This document shows positions 40,577 through 50,270 of a stretch of DNA of 64,000 nucleotides, piece by piece; positions within the stretch are counted from its first letter, which is position 1, and each line of letters starts with the position of its first letter. Below the pieces are notes generated by a model. It was not told the DNA's origin, did not search any database, and worked only from the letters and a program-made list of their open reading frames with translations. The stretch is from Candidatus Jordarchaeia archaeon (lineage in GTDB: Archaea; Asgardarchaeota; Jordiarchaeia; Jordiarchaeales; Jordiarchaeaceae). The position numbers and the translations under genes are program-made. Location of the stretch: positions 27,053-91,052 of the forward strand of contig JAHQXB010000063.1 of NCBI GenBank assembly GCA_029856435.1. Direction: 5' to 3'.

Positions 40577-41050
40577 TTATTTCAATAGTTTTCCCTGTTC
40601 ATTTATTTTTCCTTCTCGAATTCTCGTACTCGAAATGCGTTGCCCATCTTGAGCTAGAACAAGGGGTGCTAGAACGATTTCTAGAGGAGGTAACCCTTTT
40701 TCCTCACGTATCATGTTAATTTTTTTAACTCCGGGCAGTGTTTCTTCGGTTGCAACTAAAGCTTCTAAACCCGCATCCATTATAGCTGGACCGTAGGGAT
40801 CATCCAAGCTTATTATTTCAGCCCTATTCAAGTAACCTTCTTCTTTGAGAAACTCCTCCAATTTTTTCTTTCTCACCGCGTAAGGTTCTATCTTGTTTGC
40901 CAGAGTCTTGTGTTGTGCCATTCTGCTTGTGGTCAGCCCAATCATTACTCGTTCACTGACCTCGAAGGCTTTACGTATCAGAGCTTTGTGCCCAATGTGA
41001 AGTCTATCAAAAGTTCCCGAAACACCAACTAACCTAAAACGGTAGGACAT
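40577..41050 (-). CDS. coaD: Phosphopantetheine adenylyltransferase (archaeal/eukaryotic type)
   Basis: SGTFDRLHIGH, DPYGP, ISSTRIR. Confidence 0.9.
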   Translation of the reverse strand: MSYRFRLVGVSGTFDRLHIGHKALIRKAFEVSERVMIGLTTSRMAQHKTLANKIEPYAVRKKKLEEFLKEEGYLNRAEIISLDDPYGPAIMDAGLEALVATEETLPGVKKINMIREEKGLPPLEIVLAPLVLAQDGQRISSTRIREGKINEQGKLLK

Positions 41051-41151
41051 ATTAATTTCTCCAAAATCACTATTATACTGGTAACAATTATATATGCATC
41101 TTCACAGAAAACTTAACGAGTTAAAACTATTGTATGGTGGGGACATAAATA

Positions 41152-42033
41152 ATGCTTGATGCTAATGTTTTGGAGTCTTATAGGACGGCCGGCGGTATAG
41201 CGGCTAAGGTTAGAGAAGAAGCAGGAAAAATCGTGAAGGAGGGGATACCACTAATAAAAGTCTGTGAGGTACTTGAGAGGAAAATAGTAAAGGAGGGTGG
41301 GAAGCCTGCTTTTCCACTAAACATTTCATTAGACGATGTGGCTGCCCATTATACCTCGCCTCCCGATGATAAAACAACTATTCCCCCCAAGGCCCTAGTT
41401 AAGGTGGATATAGGAGTTCACGTTGAAGGCTACATTGCCGATACAGCCGTTACAATCAGTGTGGGTAAGGTGGGGATGGAACTAATCAAGGCATCAGAAC
41501 TAGCCCTCGAAAACGCCTTGAAAACAATAAAACATGGAGCAAAATCTAGCAGTATAGGAGAAATTATTGAAAAAACCATAAAAGAATTTGGCTTTAAACC
41601 CATTTCCAACCTCACCGGCCACTTACTAGAAAGGTATAATCTACATGCGGGAAAAGCCATCCCAAATGTGAAGACGAGGATAGGATTTGTTCTAAAGGAG
41701 GGAGAAGTTTACGCCATGGAGCCCTTCGCCACCATAGGGGAGGGAATAGTGGAAGACTCCAAGTACGCCTACATTTACCGCCTACCCAGCCCCAAAGCAT
41801 CACCACAATTTTTATCCTATATTGCTCGAGAATTTAAAACATTGCCCTTCGCAGCTCGATGGCTAATCTACAAGTTTCCAAGAAACAAAATAGAGGAACT
41901 CATCAGAAAGTTTATATTGTCACAAACAATTCAAGCCTACCCGGTTTTAATGGAAAGGGGAAAGGGAGCGGTATCCCAAGCGGAACACACATTTATCGTT
42001 AAAAGGAATGGCTGCGAAGTAATCTCTGCTTAG
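41152..42033 (+). CDS. map: Methionine aminopeptidase type II
   Basis: AAHYT, KVDIGVHVEGYIADTA, LTGH, EPFAT, QAEHT. Confidence 0.96.
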   Translation: MLDANVLESYRTAGGIAAKVREEAGKIVKEGIPLIKVCEVLERKIVKEGGKPAFPLNISLDDVAAHYTSPPDDKTTIPPKALVKVDIGVHVEGYIADTAVTISVGKVGMELIKASELALENALKTIKHGAKSSSIGEIIEKTIKEFGFKPISNLTGHLLERYNLHAGKAIPNVKTRIGFVLKEGEVYAMEPFATIGEGIVEDSKYAYIYRLPSPKASPQFLSYIAREFKTLPFAARWLIYKFPRNKIEELIRKFILSQTIQAYPVLMERGKGAVSQAEHTFIVKRNGCEVISA

Positions 42034-42449
42034 TACTCCTCCTTCTCCTCTATCTTAGACATGGGCACAGAGTATATGGCACTTATGTATCTCTCAGAAT
42101 TACAAGCGTTGCAAGTCCCAATTTTTTTGAAAACGTAGTCACCCCTTTGGAAATCTCTAACCTCCCTATAATCACAACCATAACATTTCAAAACTGTCAC
42201 AGTCTTATACTCTACAGCTGGCTTGGAGCGGGAAAACAGTATCAAAGGATAAATTGCAATAAGAAACGCGAAAAACGCATATAACAATCTCTGATTCCTA
42301 ACACCAGTAAACAAATCCCAAAAAAGATCACTCAACGAAGGATTAAAGTAGAGATATAGTATGAACACTCCAACGGCTGCGACTCCCGCCGAGAACACGA
42401 ATAAAAACAAATTGAATATTCTTCTTCTACTCTGCGACACAATGATCAC
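42030..42449 (-). CDS. Membrane protein with C-terminal zinc ribbon
   Basis: Two TM segments, then CYGC...RDFQRGDYVFK...CNAC; typical neighbour of DUF1512. Confidence 0.75.
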   Translation of the reverse strand: MIIVSQSRRRIFNLFLFVFSAGVAAVGVFILYLYFNPSLSDLFWDLFTGVRNQRLLYAFFAFLIAIYPLILFSRSKPAVEYKTVTVLKCYGCDYREVRDFQRGDYVFKKIGTCNACNSERYISAIYSVPMSKIEEKEEY

Positions 42450-42455
42450 CCAATT

Positions 42456-43607
42456 TTAACCTATACCTATACAATTACCTATTCCAGCAACAATAACCGT
42501 GTCGCCGGGCTTGGTGCGTTCAAGAATCATGTTTTTTACCCGCTCAGCGGCTTTATAGGCACCATCATAAATTTCCTTCTTCATAGGGGTCAAAGCTTCT
42601 TCAACAGACATTTTAATTATAACTGCATCCACAGGAACTTTATGACTCGTTACCTCCTGCTCTATCTTAAACTTGTCAACACCCGGACCGCCAATAGCAG
42701 CCCCAACACCCTCCACTACTTTACCAGTCTTCTCTCCTTCAAATTTCAACCCAGCGTCAATCATAATAACTCTAGCAATTTTCCCATTAGCCTCCTTGAT
42801 AAGATTAACAATAGCATCACCCGGCTTTCCAACACGACCCCCCGGACCGATAGCCCTCACAATTAACACATTTCTATCCTCAAAAGTTATGGGAGTTAGG
42901 GAAATGTCCTCAGCAATCTCACTAGACTCGGCATTCCCATCCTTCGAAAATTCGTTTTTAAAAATAGAAGCAACGAGAGCACCAGCACCGTCCCCTATAG
43001 GCTGACCCTCATTAAAGGCCTTCAAAGCGTTATAATAAGCCTTAGCATACTTCATAATAAATGAAAGCGCAACCTGAACACTCACAATCATAGCATAATT
43101 ATTAGTCTCCTTACCCATGTAGTAGAAGTGCCTAATAACCAAAAACATCTGACGCAAAGCCATAGCAGCCTCAAAGGTCATATCAATGTTAGCCCTCTGA
43201 TCACGATCCGCAGCCGGCGCCAACCTAGCAATAAGATCATCAAACCTAGACTTCCTCACATCAAGCAAATGTTCAAGCCTCTTAAAAACACCCGAAGGAT
43301 CACGCTCCACAGGCTCAATTAAAACAAACTCCATATAGTCCTCCACTATGGGCGCAGGATCCTTCTCCGGCTTACCCAACTCCCTAATCATCCTAATAGT
43401 AGTCTTTTTAGCCTCCTCAGACCACTTCTCAAGCTGAGTTATAACCTCCCGAATCTGCGCCAAATACTGCATACTCTGAACCTTCAAAATTAAACCACTA
43501 AAAATCATAAAGATAAAGAAAAGGAATATCAGAATATTCATGATAAGAATGTATGGGTCAGAATAGCCAAGCGGCAACTGCAACGAGGGAAACAACATAA
43601 CCATCAC
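42456..43607 (-). CDS. DUF1512-family protein
   Basis: LIEPVERDPSG, GQPIGDGAG, IDAGLKFEGE, GIGNCIGIG. Confidence 0.88.
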   Translation of the reverse strand: MMVMLFPSLQLPLGYSDPYILIMNILIFLFFIFMIFSGLILKVQSMQYLAQIREVITQLEKWSEEAKKTTIRMIRELGKPEKDPAPIVEDYMEFVLIEPVERDPSGVFKRLEHLLDVRKSRFDDLIARLAPAADRDQRANIDMTFEAAMALRQMFLVIRHFYYMGKETNNYAMIVSVQVALSFIMKYAKAYYNALKAFNEGQPIGDGAGALVASIFKNEFSKDGNAESSEIAEDISLTPITFEDRNVLIVRAIGPGGRVGKPGDAIVNLIKEANGKIARVIMIDAGLKFEGEKTGKVVEGVGAAIGGPGVDKFKIEQEVTSHKVPVDAVIIKMSVEEALTPMKKEIYDGAYKAAERVKNMILERTKPGDTVIVAGIGNCIGIG

Positions 43608-43751
43608 ACAACACTAAACCTTCACATTTGCAAAACTATTAAAACACACACATAAAAGATTTATAAGCATTGCCAGAAAACACAATCCAAAATACTCCTG
43701 AGAAAATAAAAGGCATAGAAAAGTAAAAGGCAAAGTTAAGAAAAAGTGGAT

Positions 43752-43935
43752 TGGTCCCGCAGGCCGGACTTTCAAATATAGTGTATAGTGCACTATAAAC
43801 TTTGAACCAGCGACGTTGGGGCTGAGTACTATGCGCACCCAGTTATCCCGGTGTCTGAGTGCCTACTGGGGTAAGCCACACTTAACGAGTGCAGCTCTAC
43901 AGCCGGGCACTCTAGCCAGTCTGAGTTACTGCGGG
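43752..43935 (-). tRNA. tRNA-Tyr(GUA) with three introns (43896-43853, 43844-43815, 43800-43769), CCA encoded
   Basis: Spliced CCCGCAG TA ACTCAGACTGGCTAGAGT G CCCGG CTGTAGA CCGGG ATGTC GCTGG TTCAAAT CCGGC CTGCGGG ACCA; C1-G72 Tyr identity pair; T-loop BHB UUCA/UGAA. The variable-loop boundary could shift by 1 nt. Confidence 0.92.
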
Positions 43936-44054
43936 ACCTTCAGGGTATCCTTTTCAGTTATGATTTCTAGATGTTTATTGTCAGATAAATTTTTCGTATT
44001 TGCGGATGCGGATTTAACTTGTATATTTTTTAAGGGTTGGTTGGGAGATGTGTT

Positions 44055-44939
44055 TTAGGTTAGAGCTTTGGCTAGGGTTCCCGCTATTTCTACGACGGAT
44101 ATTGGCGAGGGGATAGTGGTTGTTCCAATGACGGTGTAGGCTCCGGCGGTGTATATTTTTTTGAGGGCGTTGTCTACAAGGACGGGGTGGGTGCATGCGG
44201 CGACTATTTTTTTTGCGCCTTTCTTTTTGAGGGTTTCGATGGTTTTTGCTATGGTTCCTCCTGTGGAGATGATGTCGTCTATTATTACTATGTCTCTGTT
44301 TTTCACTTCTATTTCTCTGGTTGTTATTTCAACTTCTGTGGAGCTGAGTCTCTTTTTTTCGAGTACATCGTATTCTGTTCCTAGTTGTTCTGCGGCTAGT
44401 TTGGCCCATTGTTCGGCTTCTTCGTCTGGTCCTATGATTAGTGGTTTTTGTAGTGATAGGTTTGCTCCTATGTAGCTTGCTATGTCTGGAATTGCTGTGA
44501 GGTTTTTTGCGGGGATTTTGAATATTTTTCTCATGTCGTCTACTCTGTGGAGGTGCATGTCGACTGTGAATATTTGGTCTGTTCCCACTGTTTCTATAAG
44601 TTTTGAGACGGTTTTGAGGCTTAATGCTTCTCCGGGGTTGAATCTTTTGTCTTGTCGTGCATAGGCGAAGTATGGGATTATGCCTGTCACCTTTTTTGCT
44701 CCTGAATCTTTGAGTGCTTCAACCATTAGGAAGTATTCCATTAGGTATTCGTCGGGATTTAGATACATTGATTGTACTACTACGGCGTCGACGCCGTTTA
44801 GGTCTCCTTCTATGCGGATGTATTTTTCTCCGTCTGGAAACTTTTTGATTTCTGTTGTGAGGAGGGGAGCGTTAAGTTCTCTGGCTATTTTTACCGCTAA
44901 AACATATGAGGAAGATCCTCCTATTATTACTTTACTCAT
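44055..44939 (-). CDS. prs: Ribose-phosphate pyrophosphokinase (paralog 2)
   Basis: FPDGEKYIR, PYFAYARQDK, IDDIISTGGT. Confidence 0.95.
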   Translation of the reverse strand: MSKVIIGGSSSYVLAVKIARELNAPLLTTEIKKFPDGEKYIRIEGDLNGVDAVVVQSMYLNPDEYLMEYFLMVEALKDSGAKKVTGIIPYFAYARQDKRFNPGEALSLKTVSKLIETVGTDQIFTVDMHLHRVDDMRKIFKIPAKNLTAIPDIASYIGANLSLQKPLIIGPDEEAEQWAKLAAEQLGTEYDVLEKKRLSSTEVEITTREIEVKNRDIVIIDDIISTGGTIAKTIETLKKKGAKKIVAACTHPVLVDNALKKIYTAGAYTVIGTTTIPSPISVVEIAGTLAKALT

Positions 44940-45068
44940 TATTGTTCCCTCAAAGTTTGTTAATGGTTTGGATAAAATTTTTGTGGTTTAATGGTGACTG
45001 TTTCCCATGATAACTCAACGATGGGAAAATAATTTTTCGGTTAATAAAGCTTTTGAAGAATTATGGAG

Positions 45069-45175
45069 GGTGATGTAGAATTGTTCGGTTTCGCCTCAAA
45101 AAGGGGTGTTTATAGGGCTTCTTTCACGATTTGGAGCATTATTAGGGAGATGAAGCCGAATAAATTTGCATCACC
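45069..45175. mobile_element. MITE family B (107 bp)
   Basis: TIR GGTGATGTAGA...TTTGCATCACC; 10-bp TSD AATTATGGAG (45059-45068, 45176-45185); close reverse-complement match to 63393-63500. Confidence 0.9.
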
Positions 45176-45232
45176 AATTATGGAGTAACCTAGAGAAATT
45201 GGGATAAATGTTTTGACTGGGAGGTTTACCTA

Positions 45233-45784
45233 TTGGCTTGGACGGTGTGGATTTGTGGGCGTCCGGGTTCGGGCAAATCCACCATAGCTCGGGCGCTTGA
45301 ATCCCTTTTGAAAGAGAAAGGTATTCATGCCCAAATATTGAGTACCGATGCCCTCAGGAAGGTGGTTACGCCTGAGCCGACCTATAGTGAGAAGGAACGC
45401 AGAATAGTTTATGCAACCCTAGTTTTCATTGCGAAAATTCTCAATCAAAATGGTGTGAATGTGATAATGGACGCGACGGCAAATCTTAAGGCTTACCGAG
45501 AGGTTGGAAGGAGGGAAATTGAAAACCTTATAATAGCCTATGTGGATTGCCCCTTAGAGGTTTGTATGAGGAGGGAGGCAGAGAGGAAAGAAACTTATGG
45601 AGCTCCACGAGACATATACAAAAGGGGGTTGGCAGGAGAGAGTGCCACTGTTCCCGGCATAGGTGTGCCCTACGAGGTGCCTGAGAACCCGGACATTGTA
45701 CTGGACTCGGTGAAGTTTACAGCCCAGGAAAACGCTGAAAAAATTCTAAAGGTTATTCTTCAGAGATACTCTCAGAATATTTAA
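45233..45784 (+). CDS. Adenylyl-sulfate-kinase-like P-loop kinase
   Basis: WICGRPGSGKST, YVDCPLEVC, VPYEVPENPD. Confidence 0.82.
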   Translation: MAWTVWICGRPGSGKSTIARALESLLKEKGIHAQILSTDALRKVVTPEPTYSEKERRIVYATLVFIAKILNQNGVNVIMDATANLKAYREVGRREIENLIIAYVDCPLEVCMRREAERKETYGAPRDIYKRGLAGESATVPGIGVPYEVPENPDIVLDSVKFTAQENAEKILKVILQRYSQNI

Positions 45785-45886
45785 CTCACACCCGCTTGTT
45801 AAAAATTATTAATTTCTGGGAGGACACCTACGACTGCTTTTTTGGAGTGTAACGGAGGTAGGGAGTGTTTTTATTGTATTTTAGGT

Positions 45887-46915
45887 TTATTCTAGAATTT
45901 GTTCGTCTAGTTTTCCATAATTTTTCTGGTATCTTGCCTTGAATTCTTCAATTGTGAATTTGTGGTTTTGAGTTCCCTCATGTTCTACAGCGTATCCTCC
46001 ACATACGGCTCCCATTTGGCATGCGATTTTTAGTTCGTCTAGAGATAAATCTTCTAGCCTTGGGTTAATTTTTGAAAGTCCAGAGAGTAGCCCGCCTCTG
46101 AAGGCGTCGCCGGCGCCTGTGGGGTCGACTAGTTTGGAAATTTTTACTGCGGGTATGTTGATTTGTTCATTTTTTAAGTGAATTGAGCAGCCACGTTCAC
46201 CACGGGTAATGATTGTGACGTCTATAATATCATTTAACCTTTTTTGTAGTTTATTTTCAACCAGTCCTGCTTCGTAGTCGTTAACTATGAGTATTGATGC
46301 CCCACTAATCAATTTGTACAGGTTTTCTGGCTGGAAATTGTAAATCATTTGACCTGGGTCTGCAATGAATGGGACGCCTAGTTCTTTGAATTCTTTGGCG
46401 TGGCGGCACATTGTTTCTATAGGGTTGGGTGAGACTATGCCAAGTTCAACGTTTTTGTTTTTCACCATTTCTTTTATTTTTATGTTGCAAGTGTCTTGGA
46501 GGGCTCCTGTGTGAAAAATGGACATTTGGTCTCCTATTTTGCTTGTCACAATGTAGGCTTCAGCGGTGTCTTCATCTTCACACACCACTAATCCACTTAA
46601 ATCTATTCCACATTTTTCCAAGTGTTTTTTGTAATCCCGACTAACGAAGTCTTTTCCAACGCAAGATATTGGGAGAGGATTACCGTTGGTTAGTTTCATA
46701 CTGTATGCTATGTTTAGAGCGGTTCCGCCAAATGATACCTTCTTATTTACTAAGAAGGAAAAGCTGATTCGGGTGTCCCCGCCCCTTTTTTCAATGGCGT
46801 TTCTAAAAATTTCATCAAGAGTTTCTTCAGTAAACGCTATCACATCAAACGCCGCAGATCCCGAAATAGCAACCTTCTCCTTTTTCGGCAATGTGGTCAG
46901 GCCTTCACTTCGCAT
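45887..46915 (-). CDS. PfkB-family carbohydrate or nucleoside kinase
   Basis: SGSAAFD, FGGTALNIAY, DPGQ, VDPTGAGDAFRGG. Confidence 0.9.
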   Translation of the reverse strand: MRSEGLTTLPKKEKVAISGSAAFDVIAFTEETLDEIFRNAIEKRGGDTRISFSFLVNKKVSFGGTALNIAYSMKLTNGNPLPISCVGKDFVSRDYKKHLEKCGIDLSGLVVCEDEDTAEAYIVTSKIGDQMSIFHTGALQDTCNIKIKEMVKNKNVELGIVSPNPIETMCRHAKEFKELGVPFIADPGQMIYNFQPENLYKLISGASILIVNDYEAGLVENKLQKRLNDIIDVTIITRGERGCSIHLKNEQINIPAVKISKLVDPTGAGDAFRGGLLSGLSKINPRLEDLSLDELKIACQMGAVCGGYAVEHEGTQNHKFTIEEFKARYQKNYGKLDEQILE

Positions 46916-47334
46916 TCCTTGAAAACAATAAATTCGCTACGCAAATTAATTAAATGTTATGACGTTTAGAATAAAAATATTTTCACACATTCATTGAAAA
47001 AAGTTATGGAAACCCTTGAATTTTTTAAGGGTTAATCATGCAAAACAATTCCGACAAGATAAGGACATAATTATTTACTTTCCATCATCCTCCACGAATA
47101 TTTTCGTGTTTTGGTTTTTACATACACGAAAAACTTCTCGTGTTTGGAGGGGAAGGGGACACCGGAAACTATAAAATCGTTGACGGGAAAAAAGTTTCAA
47201 GGGGATTGTCAGTAATTACTGTATACTTCTTTTGTATAGTTTCGGGATACCCCAAACAAATATTCTGAAAATGGAAAGTTTCTTCGGCTTGCTGAAATTG
47301 AATAGGAGAAATGAACTAGGGGGTGAAGTGGGGT

Positions 47335-48420
47335 TTAGGTTTTAAGGTACGAGTTTACTTCCTTGGGATCGAATATTTCGGTGTTTAAAACGTTATTTAT
47401 GAAGTTGAATAGTTTAAGGCGTGTATCTTTACTTAAATCAGGATACCAGATGGGATTTGCTATTACGAGACACCTCCAGGCGTAAAAAGGTTGGAGTACT
47501 TTGAGAATTTCTTCGTCTTCTGTTTTTTCTAAGTAGTTGTTGAAGAACAGATGGTAGAGCTTTTCAAACGGCCCTTCAAGTTTTCCATATTTTAGTAAGC
47601 TGAAGAAGATGTAGTTTATGGTTAGAGCGGTAACATCGTCTGCTGCTTCTCCCCATTCTCCTCGGCTTCTGTCAAATACTGTTAAATCTGTTCCTTCCCT
47701 GAAAAAGATGTTCCAAGGATGATAATCTCCGTGCTCCTGACACAATCTGTGAGTGTAGTTCTTAAGCTTCCACCGCCAATCTATGCATTTCTTCTCTATG
47801 TCGCTAAGCTTCACTTGGTGGACGAGCTCAAAATCTGGAGGGTAAGAATCGGTTAATCCGAAAATGCATTCACCATGACCTATCAATTCTCTAATCCTTT
47901 TAACGTAGAGGTGTGGTTCATTTCTCTTTACAGAATGAATTTCCACTAGGTAATCGGATAACTTCTCTGCACGCTTCTCATCCAAGTTTGTTAAGCTGCC
48001 TCTTTCAGAAATTTTTTCTAAATCAACCTTGTAAAGGGTTCCCTCAACGAACTCCACATTCATGAAAAACTCTTCAGCGTCACCAACCGAAACAATACGG
48101 CCATCGCTCATAAAAGCCCCACAGTCAAGGGAGCGGACATGGAGAGGCAAACGATTATAAGTGGTGTGCGCTGTGAGAACCACATGTGCCCTGTCGGGCA
48201 TATATTCGTGTCCGAACTGGGAAGGCGCCACGGTTTCAATCAAGTACTTTTTTCTTGTGCCATTATACTCTACTTCTATCACACGGTGAATGCCATATCC
48301 TGCCTTTTTTAACTTAGCCTTTTCTTCGCCGCCTAAACCACTAACACTCACAATCTTTACCTTGGTGCCAAGTATTTGGCTGTAATACCTCTGGAGCTCG
48401 TCTTCCCTATAATAACTCAT
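47335..48420 (-). CDS. Aminoglycoside-phosphotransferase-like kinase
   Basis: HGDYHPWNI, FDRSRGEWGEAADD. Confidence 0.82.
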   Translation of the reverse strand: MSYYREDELQRYYSQILGTKVKIVSVSGLGGEEKAKLKKAGYGIHRVIEVEYNGTRKKYLIETVAPSQFGHEYMPDRAHVVLTAHTTYNRLPLHVRSLDCGAFMSDGRIVSVGDAEEFFMNVEFVEGTLYKVDLEKISERGSLTNLDEKRAEKLSDYLVEIHSVKRNEPHLYVKRIRELIGHGECIFGLTDSYPPDFELVHQVKLSDIEKKCIDWRWKLKNYTHRLCQEHGDYHPWNIFFREGTDLTVFDRSRGEWGEAADDVTALTINYIFFSLLKYGKLEGPFEKLYHLFFNNYLEKTEDEEILKVLQPFYAWRCLVIANPIWYPDLSKDTRLKLFNFINNVLNTEIFDPKEVNSYLKT

Positions 48421-48630
48421 TGAAGTTTAACCCCTCTTAGTGATTTATGAAGTTCTTTCAATTAAATTGACAAAATTTATAGTTAAAAAAACTTACTACT
48501 TTAATTGTCTTCGTAAAAAGGTTCCTTCGAAAAATAAGGAAACACCCTGCATATTCAAGCACAAATTTCCAAGAAAAACATCGCACGCTTTAATTGCTGA
48601 AACAGTTATTGTTGTTGGAGAGGTTGTAAG

Positions 48631-50226
48631 TTGGATATTGTTATCAAGAACGCAAGAATTATTGATGGAACTGGAAACCCCTGGTTTAAAGGAGAAGTTG
48701 GCATTACAGGAGAAAAAATAGTGGAGATCGACAAAGGCGTATCTACCGGAGGGGAGAGAGTCATCGATGCTGATGGGCTTATTGTTACTCCTGGCTTTAT
48801 TGATGTGCATACGCACTCAGATGCGACTTTATTAAGGGATAGGAGTGCACTGAATTATATTACTCAGGGTGTGACCACAAATGTTATTGGAAACTGTGGC
48901 TTATCTGCAGCCCCCTTAAATAAGAGAACTGTAAAAGACCTGCTTACACTTGTAGCGCCAGATTTTAAAGGGGATCCCACAGAGATGTGGACCAGTTTTG
49001 GGGAATATCTTGACTTTTTGAAATTTGTGGGTACAGCCATTAATGTTGTTCCACTTGTGGGGCATAACACTATCCGAATTGCTGTAATGGGCGTAGAGGA
49101 GAGAGACCCATCCGAAGAGGAACTTGAAGAGATGAGGGAATTGACAGAACAGAGTATGAGGGAGGGGGCGTTTGGCCTGTCAGCAGGTTTAATCTATGTA
49201 CCCGGTATTTTCACAAAAACCGGGGAGTTAGTAGAGCTCTGTAAAGTAGTTTCCAAGTATGGAAGAATATTCACTATTCATATAAGAGGGGAGGGTGATA
49301 CAGGAGTACAAGCCATAAAGGAAGCCATAGAAATAGCAAGAAGGGCGCAAGTGCCCTTAGAGATTTCTCACTTTAAATCAGAAGGGAAAAGAAACTGGGG
49401 GAAGGCTCAAGAAAGATTGGAGCTGATTGAGTGCGCCCGCAGCGAAGGTGTTGATGTGACTGCTGATTTTTATCCTTACACTTTCGCTTTAACATTTTTG
49501 CATTCCCTTTTTCCGACTTGGATTTTCAGAGATGGTTTGGAAGCTATACCTGAAAAATTGAAGAATCCAACTATTCGTGAACAGTTGAGAGAGTATTTTA
49601 GGCTTGCTGGTGATGTTATGGGAATCTCTGGTGTGGAGGATTGGCGCAACGTTGTTCTATCTAATCCCAGTAACCCAAAGTACAGAGGTAAATCAGTATT
49701 GGAAATTGCAGGAAAACAGGAGAAGGATATAGTTGATACCATTTGTGAACTAGTGCAGTCAGAAGGCTTATCGCTGGGAATTCTTCTACTCTGGATGAGT
49801 GAGGAGGATGTTGATATAATAGCAAAGCACCCGCTAACTATGGTAGGCTCCGACGGGGCTGTTGTTACTTCACCAAAAGAAATGATTCACCCCCGATACT
49901 ACGGCACGTTCACAAGAGTTTTAGGGTACTATGTTCGGGAGAAAAAGCTTATGTGTCTCGAGGAAGCTATACGAAAGATGACATCGTTACCAGCTCAGAG
50001 ATTTGGACTAAAAGATAGAGGTGTCTTGAGGGAGGGAAACTATGCGGATTGTGTTATCTTTGATCCGGGAAGAGTGAGAGACTGTGCCACTATAGAGGAG
50101 CCGAACAGGTGGTCTGAGGGAATAGAGTATGTTATAATTAATGGAGCTGTGGTATTTGAACATGGAAAATTTATGGGGAAATATCCCGGCAAGATCCTGA
50201 GAAAAATGGTAAAGAAGAATTATTAA
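48631..50226 (+). CDS. N-acyl-D-amino-acid deacylase (D-aminoacylase)
   Basis: PGFIDVHTHSD, GNCG, IHIRGE, ISHFK, GSDG, HPRYYGTF. Confidence 0.9.
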   Translation: MDIVIKNARIIDGTGNPWFKGEVGITGEKIVEIDKGVSTGGERVIDADGLIVTPGFIDVHTHSDATLLRDRSALNYITQGVTTNVIGNCGLSAAPLNKRTVKDLLTLVAPDFKGDPTEMWTSFGEYLDFLKFVGTAINVVPLVGHNTIRIAVMGVEERDPSEEELEEMRELTEQSMREGAFGLSAGLIYVPGIFTKTGELVELCKVVSKYGRIFTIHIRGEGDTGVQAIKEAIEIARRAQVPLEISHFKSEGKRNWGKAQERLELIECARSEGVDVTADFYPYTFALTFLHSLFPTWIFRDGLEAIPEKLKNPTIREQLREYFRLAGDVMGISGVEDWRNVVLSNPSNPKYRGKSVLEIAGKQEKDIVDTICELVQSEGLSLGILLLWMSEEDVDIIAKHPLTMVGSDGAVVTSPKEMIHPRYYGTFTRVLGYYVREKKLMCLEEAIRKMTSLPAQRFGLKDRGVLREGNYADCVIFDPGRVRDCATIEEPNRWSEGIEYVIINGAVVFEHGKFMGKYPGKILRKMVKKNY

Positions 50227-50270
50227 GGGACAAATAGTGTAGAAGCAGCACTTAGTTTTAGGGTGTTAAC

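Noticed and set aside
43614-44196. Small ORFs (74, 80 and 60 aa)
   Set aside because: They overlap tRNA-Tyr and the prs 3' end and are spurious
43600-45200. Integrated island at tRNA-Tyr
   Set aside because: No integrase, no duplicated tRNA 3' end (att site), and the flanking genes are housekeeping
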